DNA of 64,000 nt from Nymphaea colorata (lineage: Eukaryota): contig NC_045138.2 of NCBI RefSeq assembly GCF_008831285.2, forward strand, positions 43,400,001 to 43,464,000. The letters run 5' to 3'. How positions within the stretch are numbered: position 1 is the stretch's first letter; each line of letters starts with the position of its first letter. Below the pieces are notes generated by a model that worked only from the letters and a program-made list of their open reading frames with translations, did no database searches and was not told the DNA's origin. This document shows, piece after piece, positions 13,700 to 28,635 of the stretch. A program made the translations under genes and the position numbers.

Positions 13700-16600
13700 A
13701 CTGGGATCCAAGATCAAGATCCAGATCTAGAGAAAGTTCTAGAGTTCATATCTATATATGATAGATAGATTTAGATTGTGATCTAAGGTTAGGTTTTGAA
13801 ATATAAAACGATGGAACTGGATTAAGTTTTGAACAAAAGATTTGGATTGGGCATCAACCCTATACTTGGCTTGATCTAGTCTAGAAGGGTTCATACTCGG
13901 CCAAAATATGTTGAACCTTTAGGATATGGGTCTAGACATAGCTGAATGTAGGTGAGACTGGGCAAAGGTCAAGTGGGTTCACATCTAGTTTAACGAGGTT
14001 CAACCTCAACCTGATTCAGTTCTAATTAGGCTCACACCCTACATGAGCCTCGTGGGTCCAATATTGAAGCACATAAACTCCAACTTAAGTTCATGTATTT
14101 CTTAACTTAGGTTTATAAAAAAATATGCATGCATTGGTAAAAGACAAAATGTCCCTGGCACAAAAACTGGGTTCAATGATTCATGTAGGCTTGCTGACCA
14201 CACAACAAGGTGTATATGGTAGAAAGGAGAAGACCTGCAAAATTTGATTAAAAATGGCTTGATTTGCCCTTTCAAAAACTCAATTTTTTAAATCATTTGT
14301 ATCAAAATGAACATCAGTTGAGGGCAAAATGGAAACTTCTAATTTAGGGAACTCCATTCATCCAAAGTTGGAAATACTCAGTTAAAGAATATCTTATTGT
14401 AACAACATGAAGAAATTGAGAAATTGATTACGTTGGTCAGAATTTAGTTCAGGAGATTGAGCTGCACTAAAGTGAGATGTCTAGAACTTGACAACACTTA
14501 GTAAATTTGTAGATCCCTAAATGAACTCAAATTAAATTATTGAATTAAAGCTATAGCTAGAAATACTTAGATCGAGTACTAAAGAATGTGATCCTAGCTC
14601 CAAGTGAGCTACATGTTCAAGATTGATGGAATATAATGCAAACCTATCAAAATGGGTGAGATAGTGCCACTTTGATTCAGGACAATTCCTATACGGTTCA
14701 AATTTGCACCCTGAAACTGAAAGTAATTTAGGAAATACCTTCTTGACACTACGAAGATTCTATCTTGTGGTTGGTTTGGATTGACATGATCCATACATTC
14801 TAAAAATGGCATGTGATTGGTATCAATGAGCTGATCAAGTTAGAGTAAGCTTGTTCTGAGCTAGGGTAAACTTGGCAACAAAAGTCTAACGACTATCCAT
14901 TATCATAATCCAATATTTTCTTGTCCTTCTAGGACTATACTCAATTAGGGTTGTTGTTTAAATTCAACTAGGATCGGTCCCCTCATATTGGCTTCAATGT
15001 CTGGTCTAAGTAAGACATTGAAACAATTTTATAAGGGTTGGCAAAAGGGAACCTAATTCTAGGGCTTTGGGGACCAAGTAAAGGGTTCTATGGCCAGTCT
15101 AGGTAGGCCTTGGAAGACACGAATAAAGCCTACCTTTAGCTTCGATCCTGATCATGTATGAATATAGGGTTTTCGAAAATAGTTTTAGGTAAAAGCTTGT
15201 TTTAGAGATCTTTCACAAAATCTATGATTTATAACTCATGCTTGTGTACAGGCTAAGCCTAGATACAGTTTTCAAATTCTAGTGCTATTACCTTAAGGCA
15301 TGGTATTAGTCATGCTTGACTTAGCTTCTATACAAGTTTTGTTGCATCTGCGACATGTGGGCCATAGTGCTTATTTAAAACTTAGTGTAATGCATGCCTA
15401 GTTCTAAGCAATTATATTGATGAAAACTATATGCTTTATGCAGTAGATAAGATAAAATTAAAATTAAGAATTAAATTAGAAATAGGAAAAGGGTAGGAGG
15501 CATACCTGACCATCATGCCTATCCTCAAGATAAGAAAATAAAATCTATTTAGGAAAATAGGAAATTCTTCCACTGCGTGCCTAAGAAAAATAAATTATCC
15601 TAGACCTAGTAATATAAAAAAATAAATTAACCTAGATCAGAAACTAAAACTACTCTAATCTTTGTTAAGAAAGTAGTAAAATGCCCAAGACATGCTGCTA
15701 AAACAATAGAAAATACAGAAGAGAAGAAAAAAAAACCTTAGTTGCATACTTAGAATGGATGTGGACAATGACCCTCCTATCTTAGTCAAACTTGGCTAGA
15801 GAAGTTGACTAAGTGATACTTCACCTTGAACCAATATGTAACACAGACTCTAAGAGCCTTTTTAAAAATTTTACTTTTTCTCTCAACCCAGCTAGTTAAG
15901 CATTATTTGGATTTTAGCAAACTGTATGTGCCTTTTCAGCAGCTCTTGATGTCATTCTCTGTAAGAGGGACATCACCTTTTTCTATAGCTGCCCAGACGA
16001 GAGAATTCCTCCAGGCTTTGCAATACAATACAAAATTTTTTGCCTTTGAATTTATGTTCATATAACACAATATTGAAGAAAATTGAGCTCAAAACCTTAT
16101 CGAATAATGCACATGATTTATAGATTGCAACAATATTTTATTCATGTTTTGATCAATTCAGGATGAAAATTGATTCTCACAAATGTAGATCAATCTTCTC
16201 AAAATTCTAGAAAGCTATTTTCTCTCAGTTGATTAACAGTAGAGTGAAAATGAAAGAGATATTTTTACACAAAACGATATGATATACATGATATGAGAGA
16301 TAGATATTTGGTGTGGAAATGAATGTGTCCGGGTTCAATAATATGAACTTTGGTCTAGTTCTGATTTTCTGATCCAAAGCAAGATTTGGGTTGAAAGAAA
16401 GTTATAGAAATTGATCTTGTTTATGATATCCTATTTAGATTTGATATCTGAAGATAAGGGTCTGAAGTGAAGATCTGGACATACAGAGATGCAGATTATA
16501 GATACAAAATTTGACATAGAAATCTTGATTGTTGATATGGGGTTGGGTGCACCCTAGCCAGGCTCAATCTGAGATACATGGCTTAGATTCATTGGGTTCA

Positions 16601-17569
16601 ACGTGCTCTGGGTTAGGTCAAGTTTTAGGTTCAATCTAGACCAGATTAGACATGGGTTCTGCTAAGCTAGCTTAAGCTAGGTTGACTTCCAGGTACATAG
16701 TAGGTTGAGAATAGGTGTGGACCCACTAGGTTCAGTTCTAGGTGCCTAAGCACATTCATGACCTTAAAGTTAGGTGTATATACCATTGGACTTCAGTTTA
16801 TGCATTAATAATGTGTACAAAAAAGGAGAACATTGCCACATAAAAATTTGATTTTTTTTTAGGCTGCGTTAACAAACTGACCTTACTCCATCGATGGTCA
16901 AGTCAAGTTATAGGCACAAGCCAAGTTCCAGGTCAATTCCATCATTTGTCCCTTAAATCACATTTTTTAAAAATTGACTGATATGTAAATGGCTCATTTC
17001 AGAGTGACCATGAAAAGCGATTGGGAAAATAAATATTTAGGGCACACCAACCCAAACTAAACTTTATAAATACTCTAGTGAATATATTTGATCACAAATT
17101 AGTGAAGAAATTGGAAATTTTACACCACAATTGATAAAAAAAATGTGCTCAAAAGTTGAGCTATGCACTGATTGTCATATGTGGAACTAGATATCCCTTA
17201 GTAGATCTATAGAATTGCAATTGAACTCAATTTAAAAAGAATGAATTCGAACTGAGCTAATAATACTTACATCCAATATTAAATAATATGATCTCTGCTT
17301 GACTTAAGTTGATTAGTTCTGGTTGAACCCAAATTCAACTTTGATCCTACCCAATAGGAGAGAGAGTGATAGAGTTTAATTAGACATCTCAGCCTAGAAC
17401 CAAAATGTAGATTTTAGAACACAAAGTAACTCATGTTTTAATTAGGTTATACTGAGGTGATCCAAAATCAAGCTCGTTCAGGTCTGAAGGTGCCTTGGTA
17501 ATCTAATTCAATGAGTTGCCTTGGGTTAGAGTTAGTTGTTTTGGGCTAAATAAAAGTCATACTCTAACA
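13700..17569 (-). mobile_element. Two old, related LTR fragments (ends near 14890 and 17569), inverted homologs of 5951-7300
   Basis: 14035-14340 aligns by eye with the reverse complement of 6590-6900. 14820-14890 and 17500-17569 share the motif tagc.ca.aacaa...actctaac...ctcattga on minus. 17569 ends ...ctaaca. Confidence 0.45.
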
Positions 17570-19902
17570 GCTCCGGAATCCTAATTGGCTTGCGGTGCAG
17601 TTTTGAATATAAATATAATTTGCAACCCATTTCAAATCCTTGTTCACATATATAATCAAATATATTGTTGCAATATAAAGTAAAACCATGCACCGATTGT
17701 ATTTACCGGATTTTACAAATAGTAAGTTGAGTCTAACTCTAGGACAAATGTTTTATTATCAACATATATAATAAAAATCTGGAAAAAAATCACAATATAA
17801 TCAAAAGAGAACAAGAATTCCAATACTCAACAGTTATAGTTCTACATTGCACTGATGCTTACACAAAATGTTCTAAAAAACATAACAAAATAAAAGAAGG
17901 GAAAAGTCTAAAATATAAATGTGGCGACCTTTTGAACACACTAGAACTCCTTGATCTTCAATGGTGCCTTGATCTTCTCCAACGTGTGCGGCCTTCAATC
18001 TACTTGTCGTTGCTTCACTTCCCTCTCGAGTACGTTGTGAACTCTCTAGGAAAGAGTATTCAACTGGAGAACATGTAAGAAAGCAAAAAAACAACTATAC
18101 TATATTGCCGTGCACAATAACAAGATACTTTCTATGTAAGTTTGTGTATGTGTGTGTTAACTGGTTTCTAATATAAAATGCAAACCAATGTGACAAAAGT
18201 GTCTAAAACTTGGCTAATGCTGGCTACCTCAAGTCTAGACTAGTTAACTTAATCATTCTTGCATGAACTCAAAATATGCAACTCACTACCATGGGTTGCT
18301 AAAATACAAAATAATCCTAGAAGTAAGAAACTAAATACTAAAAACTATAAATTTCGAAGAATAATAATCTAAAACTATCAAACTACAATGAGGAATACAC
18401 CAAAATATCAAATGTTCAAGCAAAACATACACTTTTTTTTCTAAGACAGTTCATATTTAAAAACTAAGTATATCTACTAATCAATTTATTTACTACAACA
18501 GAATTTTGCAGTAAAAACAAGACAAAATACCCGTACACTATACTTGAGTCCTGAAAACAGCAAAAAACGGTTTGAACTACTAAATTAACTATAATTAAAA
18601 ATGAACAATTAACTTTTTCTTGAAAAGTAGACCCACGTGAAGGATAAATAATAAATACACATAAGCAAACAACAATTTCAACTATGTGATGCTTTCAACC
18701 ATTGCAAATACACTGGCCTGCAATATAGTAAGCTTAAGGCTTTAATGTTCTACACTAATATAACAAACAAACTAGTCTCTAATCTAAAGATCAATACTTC
18801 TCATTAGATAAATGCATAAATTAAACTACAACTATACAAGTAATGGTGACACAAGTAGAAATCAAGTTTAAGTAACCATGCAATGTAAACTGCTACTTTT
18901 ACTTAATCGATATGAAGTCCAAACACTAAAACTGGCTATACATGACTATTTGAAAACTAAAGAACATGCATTACACTCTACAACAAGTTATTAATTAAAA
19001 TGAATTAAGAGACATTCGGGCACACCCAAACTTCACAACAGTCGACTGCTAATAATGTTCATCTTGCAGCAGCTACCGGTTTTTGAGTGGTTCAGCCGAG
19101 CAACTACGAGAGCCCTACACTTGCGCTACTTAACATCTATGATTCAATTAATAGTAAGCACAAGCTATTTAATAACAATTAATACGTGCAAAGTTACAGC
19201 AACCAAAAGCTAACATCACCTATAATTAAGGAAAACAAAAAGGAAAGCAAGGAGCGGGTGCAGCGAGTAGCCTCACTGAGTAGCTAGGGAGCTTCCAATT
19301 AGCGCTTAACTACAACTATTCTACCTAGACATAGTCTCTAACAGTTAACTTAACAAGCCATAAATATTCATTTTAACACTGCTCAATGAAGAGTTAGACA
19401 ATTACCTCGGAAATGGATATTATAAAGAATACACATGCTTACAAAGCAAACAACTAAGCTATGGAAAACACAAAGAATCAAGCAAACACTCCAATTAATC
19501 ATCATATGTAAGTAATTAACCCACTGTAGTTACTTAACAATTAATTTGTGCTAATGCACATGAAAATATAGCAACTAAAAACTGAAATCCAAAGGTTTTA
19601 CAAAAATTAGCAGAACAAATATGTCATACAGATAGAGAGTTGTCGGTCACAAAAAACCTTAAAAATTATCCAATATGGAGAGAGAGAATAGGAGGGAGGA
19701 GCGCTATCTTCATTCTCACACAACAAGCAAAAACTCAAACGAAGGAGGGAAATTAGATGTTAATAGCCACACGAAGGCGATGATGAGAAGATACATAGAC
19801 GCATAAAAGCAGGGTTCAAATGGGAGAAACAGAAGGGGCGTGTTTGTCAGGAGAAACAAAAGGGTCTGCGATGAGGGAGATGAGTAAGCAAACTTGAATG
19901 TT

Positions 19903-20240
19903 TGTTGAAGATTATTCATAATGAATTTTACAAATTATGCTTATATGACTCAGCCTCCATGCTGGAATATTTGTTAGATGACCTGTTGTCTTGTAAGGCT
20001 GGCTCAAAATATCCTAAAAGAATTGATAATGTGGCAGATTGCGGAAGGTTCCAGAACTATTTAGTTTTTCTTGGAATCTCATTGTAATTTCTTGTATCAA
20101 AATATAAAGAATTTTTATTTCCATTCATTATTTCTCAGTAGTGTATAAATATCCATTCATCAAATGAATGAAGGTGTGAGAGGTTTTCACTCGCCTTCAA
20201 CTTTTCATACTCTGATTTTTTTTATTAAACTCTATCTACA
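19903..20240 (+). repeat. Copia 5' LTR (338 bp)
   Basis: tgttgaagattattc...ctctatctaca; direct repeat of 23951-24286. Confidence 0.93.
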
Positions 20241-20429
20241 TTGTATCAGAGCGATTGCTATTTTTGTGCAAAGTCTGTTGTGACTGAATTTTTGTAGGCT
20301 TTTTTGGTCTTGCATCATTCCTTCCAATCTACAGTACATTTGATCTTTGCAGATTCCTTGTTATTTCTATATTTGGAACTGTATTGCATTGTTTTTTTTC
20401 TTTTGCTACTGCTTTACACTATTTCCATT

Positions 20430-23400
20430 ATGGCTCAAAACGCACCCATGATTCCGACCAATGATTCAAATGCCATCGATAGTTCAAGTCCCTTTAATTT
20501 GCACCATTCGGACAACCCTGGTGTTGTGCTTGTGTCCAAGCCGTTCACGAGAGATAACTATCCCCCATGGAGCAAGTCCATGACAATAGCACACTCTGCT
20601 AAAAATAAGTTGGGATTTGTCAATGGTAGTATTCCTCAACCTCTTGTCTTAGCACTAGAGTATCAGTCGTGGGTGTGATGCAATGACTTGGTTCTCTCAT
20701 GGATCATTAACTCATTATCAAAGGATTTGGCGAGTAGTATTATCTATGCCACCACTACGAGGGAGGTCTGGCTGGACCTACAAGAACATTTTACACAAAG
20801 TATGGCTCCCCGTAAGTACCAGTTCAAATCTGAAATCATTCGTCTCTCTCAAGGTATGCTTTCTAATGCTGCTTATTTCACCAAATTGAAGGCATTATGG
20901 GATGAGTTGAGATCGTATGAAACTTTGCCACCATGCACATGTGGTGCGTTTAAGGAAGTACCAGGTAGACAACAAGAAGAAAAGGTAATACAGTTTTTTA
21001 TGGGCTTGAATGAGACATATAATATGATTCATGGACAAGTTTTGTTGATTGAACCACTGCCTACAATTGGGAAAGTATATAATCTAATGATGCAGGAGGA
21101 AAAATAGAGAAAAGTGAGAGTTCAGTTTTCTATTAATCATGTTGGTTTGGTTGCTAATTCAGACTTTAGAGTGAGCAAAATTAGAAATCAATAGAGACCA
21201 CAACTCACTTGTTCTTTTTGTCAAGCAACAGCTCATACTAGAGATAGGTGTTATAAGTTAAATGGCTTTCCATCTAACTTCAAATGCAACAAATACAAGC
21301 AAGATAAACCACTCAACCATATGAACACTGCTTCAGTTATAAATGATGTTGTTGCAGGGAATGCTCGTAGTGCTGCAGGAACAGTAAGCCATGGAAAGGA
21401 GGCCATCAAAGATGCAACACCTATCTTGACTTTAGAGGAGTACCAACAGTTCAAACAACTTCTTAAGGATAAATTTGTCTAGATTTCTTCTTCATCTCAA
21501 CTTAACCTTACTGGTATCTCTATTTCTGATCCAAACCTTCAAATATTGGATAGTGGAGCTAGCAACCATATGTCCTCATCTCTAAACTTCATGACCAATG
21601 TTGCTAAACTTGACTCTCCTTATGCCATTCGTTTACCAAATGACAATCTTGTTCATGCCACACATAAGGGTGAACTAAAATTTTCTGATCAACTAGTTCT
21701 TAAACATGTTCTTTGCATACCTCAATTTAGATATAATCTGTTGTCCATTAGTCAACTGACCAAGTCATCTAACTGCTATGTTTGTTTTGCTTGTAACAAA
21801 TGTTACATTCAGGACCAGAACTCTAAGATGATGATTGAGACAGGTGAAATGCAAAATGGACTCTACTTCCTTAAACCAATTGTGAGCAAACTTGTAGCTT
21901 TGTCTCTTACCAGCACACAAACTGAAATCTGGCATTTAAGGCTTGGCCACCCTTTAGTTTGCAAAAACAGAATGTTTTTAGTTCTTGATCCTTCCATAGA
22001 AATGTCAAAAATTAGTTGTGAAGTTTGTCACTTGTCTAAGCAAGCTCGCTTGCCTTGTCCGATTAGCAATACTAAATCTAAGTGCTTGTTTGATCTAATT
22101 CACTATGACATTTTGGGTCCTTATAGTCAAGAGTCTATTTCATGTACTCAATACTTTCTCACAATTGTTGGCGATCATTTAAGAGCCACATAGGTCTATC
22201 TCATGAAGCACAAGGATGAAACAAAGTACCTTCTTCAATGTTTCTTTAAAATTGGTTTCATATATCTGTTAAAAGGATTAGGACAGATAATGGAGCTGAA
22301 TTCTTTTCAAATGAACTGCAAAAATGTTTATTGGTTGAAGGTACCTTGCATGATCATAGCTGCGTCAACACACCTCAACAAAATGAGGTGGTTGAACATA
22401 AACATAGACATCTATTAGATGTCGCTAGATGTTTAAGAAATCATGCATGCTTGTCATTAAAATTTTGGGATAAATGTATACTTACAACTGTGTATCTTGT
22501 TAATAGAACAACCACATCCGTGCTTCAAGGAGAGACTCTACATGAGAGATTATTTTGTACAAAACTCTCATATTCTCATCTTCGTGTATTCGGGTGTCTC
22601 TGTTAAGTCACCAATGTAATGCCAAAATCCAAATTTGACCAAAGAGCTCGAAAGTACATTTTCTTGGGATATCCATATGGCCAAAAAGCGTACAAAGTAT
22701 ATGATCTTGAGTCTCATAAAATTATGTCAAGTCATGAAGTAAAATTCTATGAATCTGTCTTCCCATTCAAAGATCATAATGATGAAAAACCTGTTGTTGT
22801 GTTATCTCTTTCTATTCCTGGTCAAGAGTTGGATAACATAGTTGATGCAACAAACATAAGTTCAGACATTGGCCCAACTGAATCTATCCAAACTCAGTCT
22901 GAATGAAGTGAGAATGCCCACGAAACTTCACCAGATTCGATCTTGCGTCACTCTCAAAGAGAACGCAAACCATCAATCCTACTCAAAGACTTTTATTGTG
23001 GAATTGGAGTTGCTAATTGCAACTCACCCGCTCCATCATCAAGTGAGTCAAAACACAGTAGTAAATTTTCTTTATCTAAGTGCATGTCCTTTGAGAGTTT
23101 TTCTACACCTCATAAAGCATTTCTAGTGGCGATATTTAATTTTGAATCATCCTCCTTCAATCAAGCGGTTAAGCATCAATGTTGGTGTGACGCCATGGTT
23201 GTTGAACTTAAAGCACTCGAAGAAAATGAAACATGGGATCTAGTGCATGCTTCAAAAGGCGTAAAATCCATAGGGTGTAAGTGGGTTTACCGAATTAAAT
23301 ACAATTCTAATAGAACAGTTGAGAGGTTCAAAGCAAGGCTTGTGAAAGGATATGCCCAAGTTGAAGGCCTTGACTATCATGACACTTATGCTCTGGTGGC

Positions 23401-23950
23401 GAAGCTTGTCACGGTGAGGACTTTGCTTGCTGTTGCAGCCCAAAACAATTGAGTGCTGCATCAAATGGATGTCCATAATGCATTTTTACATGGCAATTTG
23501 GATGAAGATGTATATATGACATTGCCACCCAGCTATGGCAGTGAAGGGGAGACTAGAATATGCACACTTAAAAAATTATTATATGGGCTTCAAAAGGGCC
23601 AAGAAACTTGTTTTCAAAGTTTTCCACAGCACTTATAAACTATGGTTTTAGTCAATCAAAAACATATTATTCTCTATGCACACTGCTTGACAAAAATTGC
23701 TATATGGCTGTCATTGTCAATGAAGATGACTTGATAGTAGTAGGAAATGATGAAAAATCTTATCAGGTTGTGGAAATTGACTGTCACTATGTGAGGGAAC
23801 CATTTAAAAATGATATTATTCAAGCAGCACATATATCATCAAAGCTTCAGCCTGTCGATTTGGTTACAAAAGCTCTAGCCAAAGAGCAGTTTCAGTTTTT
23901 AAAATCCAAACTAGGTGTGTGGGATTTGCACACTCCAGTTTTAAGGGGAG
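20430..23950 (+). pseudogene. Copia gag-pol pseudogene
   Basis: Gag HHSDNPG...AKNKLGFVNG; protease LDSGASNHM; integrase WHLRLGHP and TPQQNEVVEHKHRHLL; RT IGCKWVYRIK and HQMDVHNAFLHG; RNase H tail EIDCHYVRE; several stops and frameshifts. Confidence 0.93.
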
Positions 23951-24286
23951 TGTGGAAGATTATTCATAATCAATTTTACAAATGATGCTTATATGACAGC
24001 CTCCATGCTAGAATATCTGTTAGAAGACCTGTCGTCTTGTAAGGCTGGCTCAAAATATCCCCAACAGAATTGATGATGTGGAAGATTGCGGTTCGAGAAC
24101 TATTCGGTTTCTCTTGGAATCTCATTGTAATTTATTGTATCAAAATATAAAGAATTTTTATTTCCATTCATTATTTCTCAGCAGTGTATAAATATCCATT
24201 CATCAAATGAATGAAGGTGTGAGAGGCTCTGTTTTCACTCGCCTTCAACTTTTTATACTCTGGTTTTTCATTAAACTCTGCCCACA
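23951..24286 (+). repeat. Copia 3' LTR (336 bp)
   Basis: tgtggaagattattc...ctctgcccaca. Confidence 0.93.
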
Positions 24287-26006
24287 ATGTTGGCAACTTC
24301 ATGCAGTGGCAACGATGATGCAGTGGTGGGCGTAGTGCAGCGGCAAACAATGATGAGAAGAGGGGAAGACAGATGCAGCGGTGAACGGCGATTAGATGAG
24401 TAGGAAGACGGATGCCTTCACAGGATATTTAATTTTACTGGGATTTCGGAGTGGACTGAAATCCATGGATTGTAATCTGGGTTTTCGGTCAAAAATCCAG
24501 GATGACGATCCCGTGTTCGGTGAAACGATGATCAAATTTGAAAATCAAGGCGAGGATCCCACTTCTACAGTGGAATCCTCACCCGCCAAGCAAGCACTAA
24601 GAGTTTCATTTGGTCATGGCATAATGGCTAACTACTTGCAACTTGCAACATGCTATGGTCAATCAGTGTTAGCTATTGGTTGATATCGTTGCTGGAAGTG
24701 CATGCTCGCCATTCGTGTATTGCATATATATTATCTATGAAATGTTAATTTTGTCTTTTCAGAATGTTAATGCCTTCTCAACAAGACACCAATAGCTAGT
24801 TCCATGAGATATGCATTTTGAATTGTCTGATGGCTTATTATCTGCAAATAGCAACTATCCATGGTCATGCCAGTTAGCAACCGCGGTAATCACTGATTTA
24901 GCTTTTGCAACATGCCAATCCACGGCTACCAACCATTGCAATGTTGCTTGTATCAAGTTGTTAACATTGTTGTTCTGTCTATCTTCATGCATGCTCGTGA
25001 TGGATTTATGACCTGTGCACCATTTAAAATAAGTTTTGTTAAAATGCCATAAAGTTATGTTGTTGTAACATTGATGGGAGTATGGAGCATTATATGCCAT
25101 AATGAATGACAAAGATGCGTGATATTTTGGAAGAGATGAAATCCATGATTTTTTAATTTTTTTTTTCTTTCTGATGGAGGAGTTCAAAGCTTTTAGACGA
25201 GAGCATGTTTTGACCAAGTAGAGAAGGTCAAGTCTTCGCTAATTAGGAAAGCTGAGTATGTTTCATCCAAGATGAGGCCATTTTTTACTTGTATATAGTC
25301 ATCCCCAGCACCATATGGTATTTGTGAAAATTAATTGTGAACCATAGATAAGGGAGTTTAAGAAAATGATCAAAATATCGTGAAACGAAAAATGGCATTT
25401 GCTTTAACAGAAATATTCATCCATGTCAGCACTTGAGTATTTACACTCAAATGGTTAGGTTGAACATCGTCAGCAAATGATCCATTTAAATCACTGTAAA
25501 TATTTGAAGTTTGCTTTTCCTTGTTGTTAACCGAATCTCGCTGTTATTGCAATCAAATAATAGTCGCAGTCGAGTTCTGCCGTCCTTTACATCCCTCAGC
25601 TAGAAAATTGCCTCACCTGGCCTTTTAAACCTCATGTACAAGCTGAGTGCCAGGACCAAGCTCACGGCAAATATACGAAGAAAAAAAAAAAGTGGAGGGA
25701 GGCATTTTGGTGATTTTTAGAAAAGATCCTTTTTCAGTCTTTTTAATTTTGTTATTACATTTTTTATCCTTACAAAAGCTTCTTCATATTTTATTAACTA
25801 GGGACATTTTGGACTATGCTCTCTGGAACACCAATGAGGCATACAGCCAGTGTCGTTTACCTCGCTTATTAATGACTGTCAACCATCAACTCTGAGAGCT
25901 TGGAAGAAAAAGAGGTCTGACAGTCCAGCGAACAGAGACCTCTATAAATGTCATTAATAAAAAAACAAATAGCTTGCGCAGGAGGGATTTATTTCGCTCA
26001 ATCATG

Positions 26007-26054
<48 letters not shown>

Positions 26055-26067
26055 TGAAAGAAGATCT

Positions 26068-26288
26068 TCAAATCGTAGCGAGACTCTGAAATCCCATGGG
26101 ATAGCAATAAGTGGAGGCCGGAGCGTAGCAGCTTTCAAAGATGATCTTGTTTACTGCTTGAGTTGGGTGGAAAGCATCCCAGAAGACATGATGGTCCCTG
26201 TCCTCACACGGCTTCTCGAACGGCAGGCACGTTAACGCCCCACCATACCTCCCAACCCCACAGCATGCCTTGTTTGCTACCGTGAATC
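26068..26288 (-). CDS. GLIP7: GDSL lipase exon 5 (DxxH catalytic motif and stop)
   Basis: Acceptor [19 protein letters not shown]...[13 protein letters not shown]...; TGA at 26068-26070. Confidence 0.93.
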
Positions 26289-27151
26289 CTGCACCACCAC
26301 AAAACACAGCCAATTCATGAAGCTTAGTTTTCCTATTAATTTCTCTGTCTTCCCTTTATTATAATGGTCGATGGAAAGCATAAAAAGGAACATCTTCAAA
26401 GGCTTTAAGAAAAAAAATAAAAGTAGAGTTTCTAGTTTTTGTTTCGTTTATAACGATTCAATTATTTAACTATACAAAGTTAATTAGGAACCTATCTGTT
26501 GATCACTTGCCAACTCTTTTTCTCTGTCTTAGTTATGACTTACGAGGGCATCTAACATACATCACCGTGTTTAACAGCCTGCCTATCGTGAGTACCAAGA
26601 AGGAGACATGCAGCAGGCCGCTACAGGGGGAGGGCATGCAAAGGAACCCCGCTACCTGATTAGGCAACCTTATGAGTTATTAGCCTGCTATGAATGGCAA
26701 GAACAGACGGTGGTGACATATACATACGGGGATGGAGTTAATATTGTTACTGACCGTATTTCTGAGGGTTGGCAGCTATATCGGAGAAGATGCCATAAAC
26801 ATCCTGGTAGACAAAGAAAGATCCAGGAAGTGTCGAATTGATGTTCTTTACTAGCTCAAACAACCGTTCATTAAATGCAGAAACGGCTCTGTTTATGCGC
26901 TCCACGCAGCTGCCATCAGTATCAGCCATGGCAAGCTGACTGGGAATACATCCTAGCGGCCCAATGTTTGCCACTATGATTTTCCTTGCACCCAAACTGT
27001 AAAGTTTCTGAAAACAACAAAATTAAATTAATCAGATTTTTATCATTATTTTTACCTGCCTTCTTTTAATTAACTTATAAGTTGAAGACTAAGAAAGTGA
27101 TAAGGAACTGCCAAGCTGAGAGTGTGGAGCCAATGAATAATGAAGCCGAAC

Positions 27152-27200
<49 letters not shown>

Positions 27201-27276
27201 GCGAGAGAAAGAAAAAAGACACTAAGAATTATGATATATAGCAACCCAATAAATAAATAAATAAATAAATAAATAA

Positions 27277-27321
<45 letters not shown>

Positions 27322-27821
27322 AAACACTAGAATTATGATATATAGCAACCCGATAATATTATAAATTGATATTGGTTGAACTATAGCCAACGCATGAGTT
27401 ACTAGACACGCTTTCTCCAACGCAAACTCAGGGTGCATGAGAAAAATTTTGAAGATACTTAGGTCAGGAATAAAAATCAGATCCTTTAATTTTTTTTGTT
27501 AAAAAATTATTTAAAACAAAATGTAAACATCTCAATATATTTATAAAAACTATTTTGATATAAAACATATTTTGATTCAAGTTGTTTTTATGAAAAATAT
27601 GGATTTTTTATTATCAAAATGTTGATGCTATTTGGGCCATTCATTTTTCCTTGTTATAAAAACACTACTAAAGTCTAACAAATGATCAACTTAGTGTTTG
27701 TTTTGCATCAACTTATTCTTAAGATCATATCAACAAGGTTAGATTGTAAAAAGAAAACATTTTAATACCAAAATTAAAGCGTCTAGTTTTTATCCCTGGC
27801 CTAACCATTTGGTTTCTACCA

Positions 27822-27909
<88 letters not shown>

Positions 27910-28094
27910 GTTAAGTGAAAATCAGACCACTTGGGTAAGTGACAAAAACTAGACTTATTGAAATTAATCATTAAAATATTTTTTTGAAATCTAACCTTAT
28001 AAATAAAATCTTTAGATTGATTTGATGAGAAACATATATTCAATTAGTTGGTTTCTTACTTAAATAATAATTTTTAATAGTGGAAAATGAATGG

Positions 28095-28192
<98 letters not shown>

Positions 28193-28555
28193 GTGCTTGG
28201 TAGATCCTAGACCACTTGGGTAAGGAATAAAAATCAGACCTCTTAAATTCATGTTAAAAAGTGTGTTAAACAAAATGTGAACCTTCTAATGTGCTTATAA
28301 ACACTAATTTATAAATATAAATCATTGTTTAGTTCAAGCCACTTTTCGTAAATATAAATTATCTTTATACTATCAAAATTTTGATGTTATAAGAGCTGTT
28401 CATTTTTTACTATTAAAATAACTTTAATTAAGAAAGCAAATGACTAATTTAATGTGTTTCTCATCAAATTCTTAAGATCATATCTATAAGATAATATGGT
28501 AAAAAAACATTTCTATAATTAATTTTAATAGGTTTGGTTTTTGTCTCTTAACCAA

Positions 28556-28635
<80 letters not shown>

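Larger units (their letters stand above)
19903..24286 (+). mobile_element. Ty1/copia LTR retrotransposon (RE1/Ale-like), decayed
   Basis: Paired TG...CA LTRs; TSD ATGTT at 19898-19902 and 24287-24291; PBS ttgtatcagagc (tRNA-iMet type) at 20241-20252; PPT aaggggag at 23943-23950; domain order gag-PR-INT-RT-RH. Confidence 0.96.
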
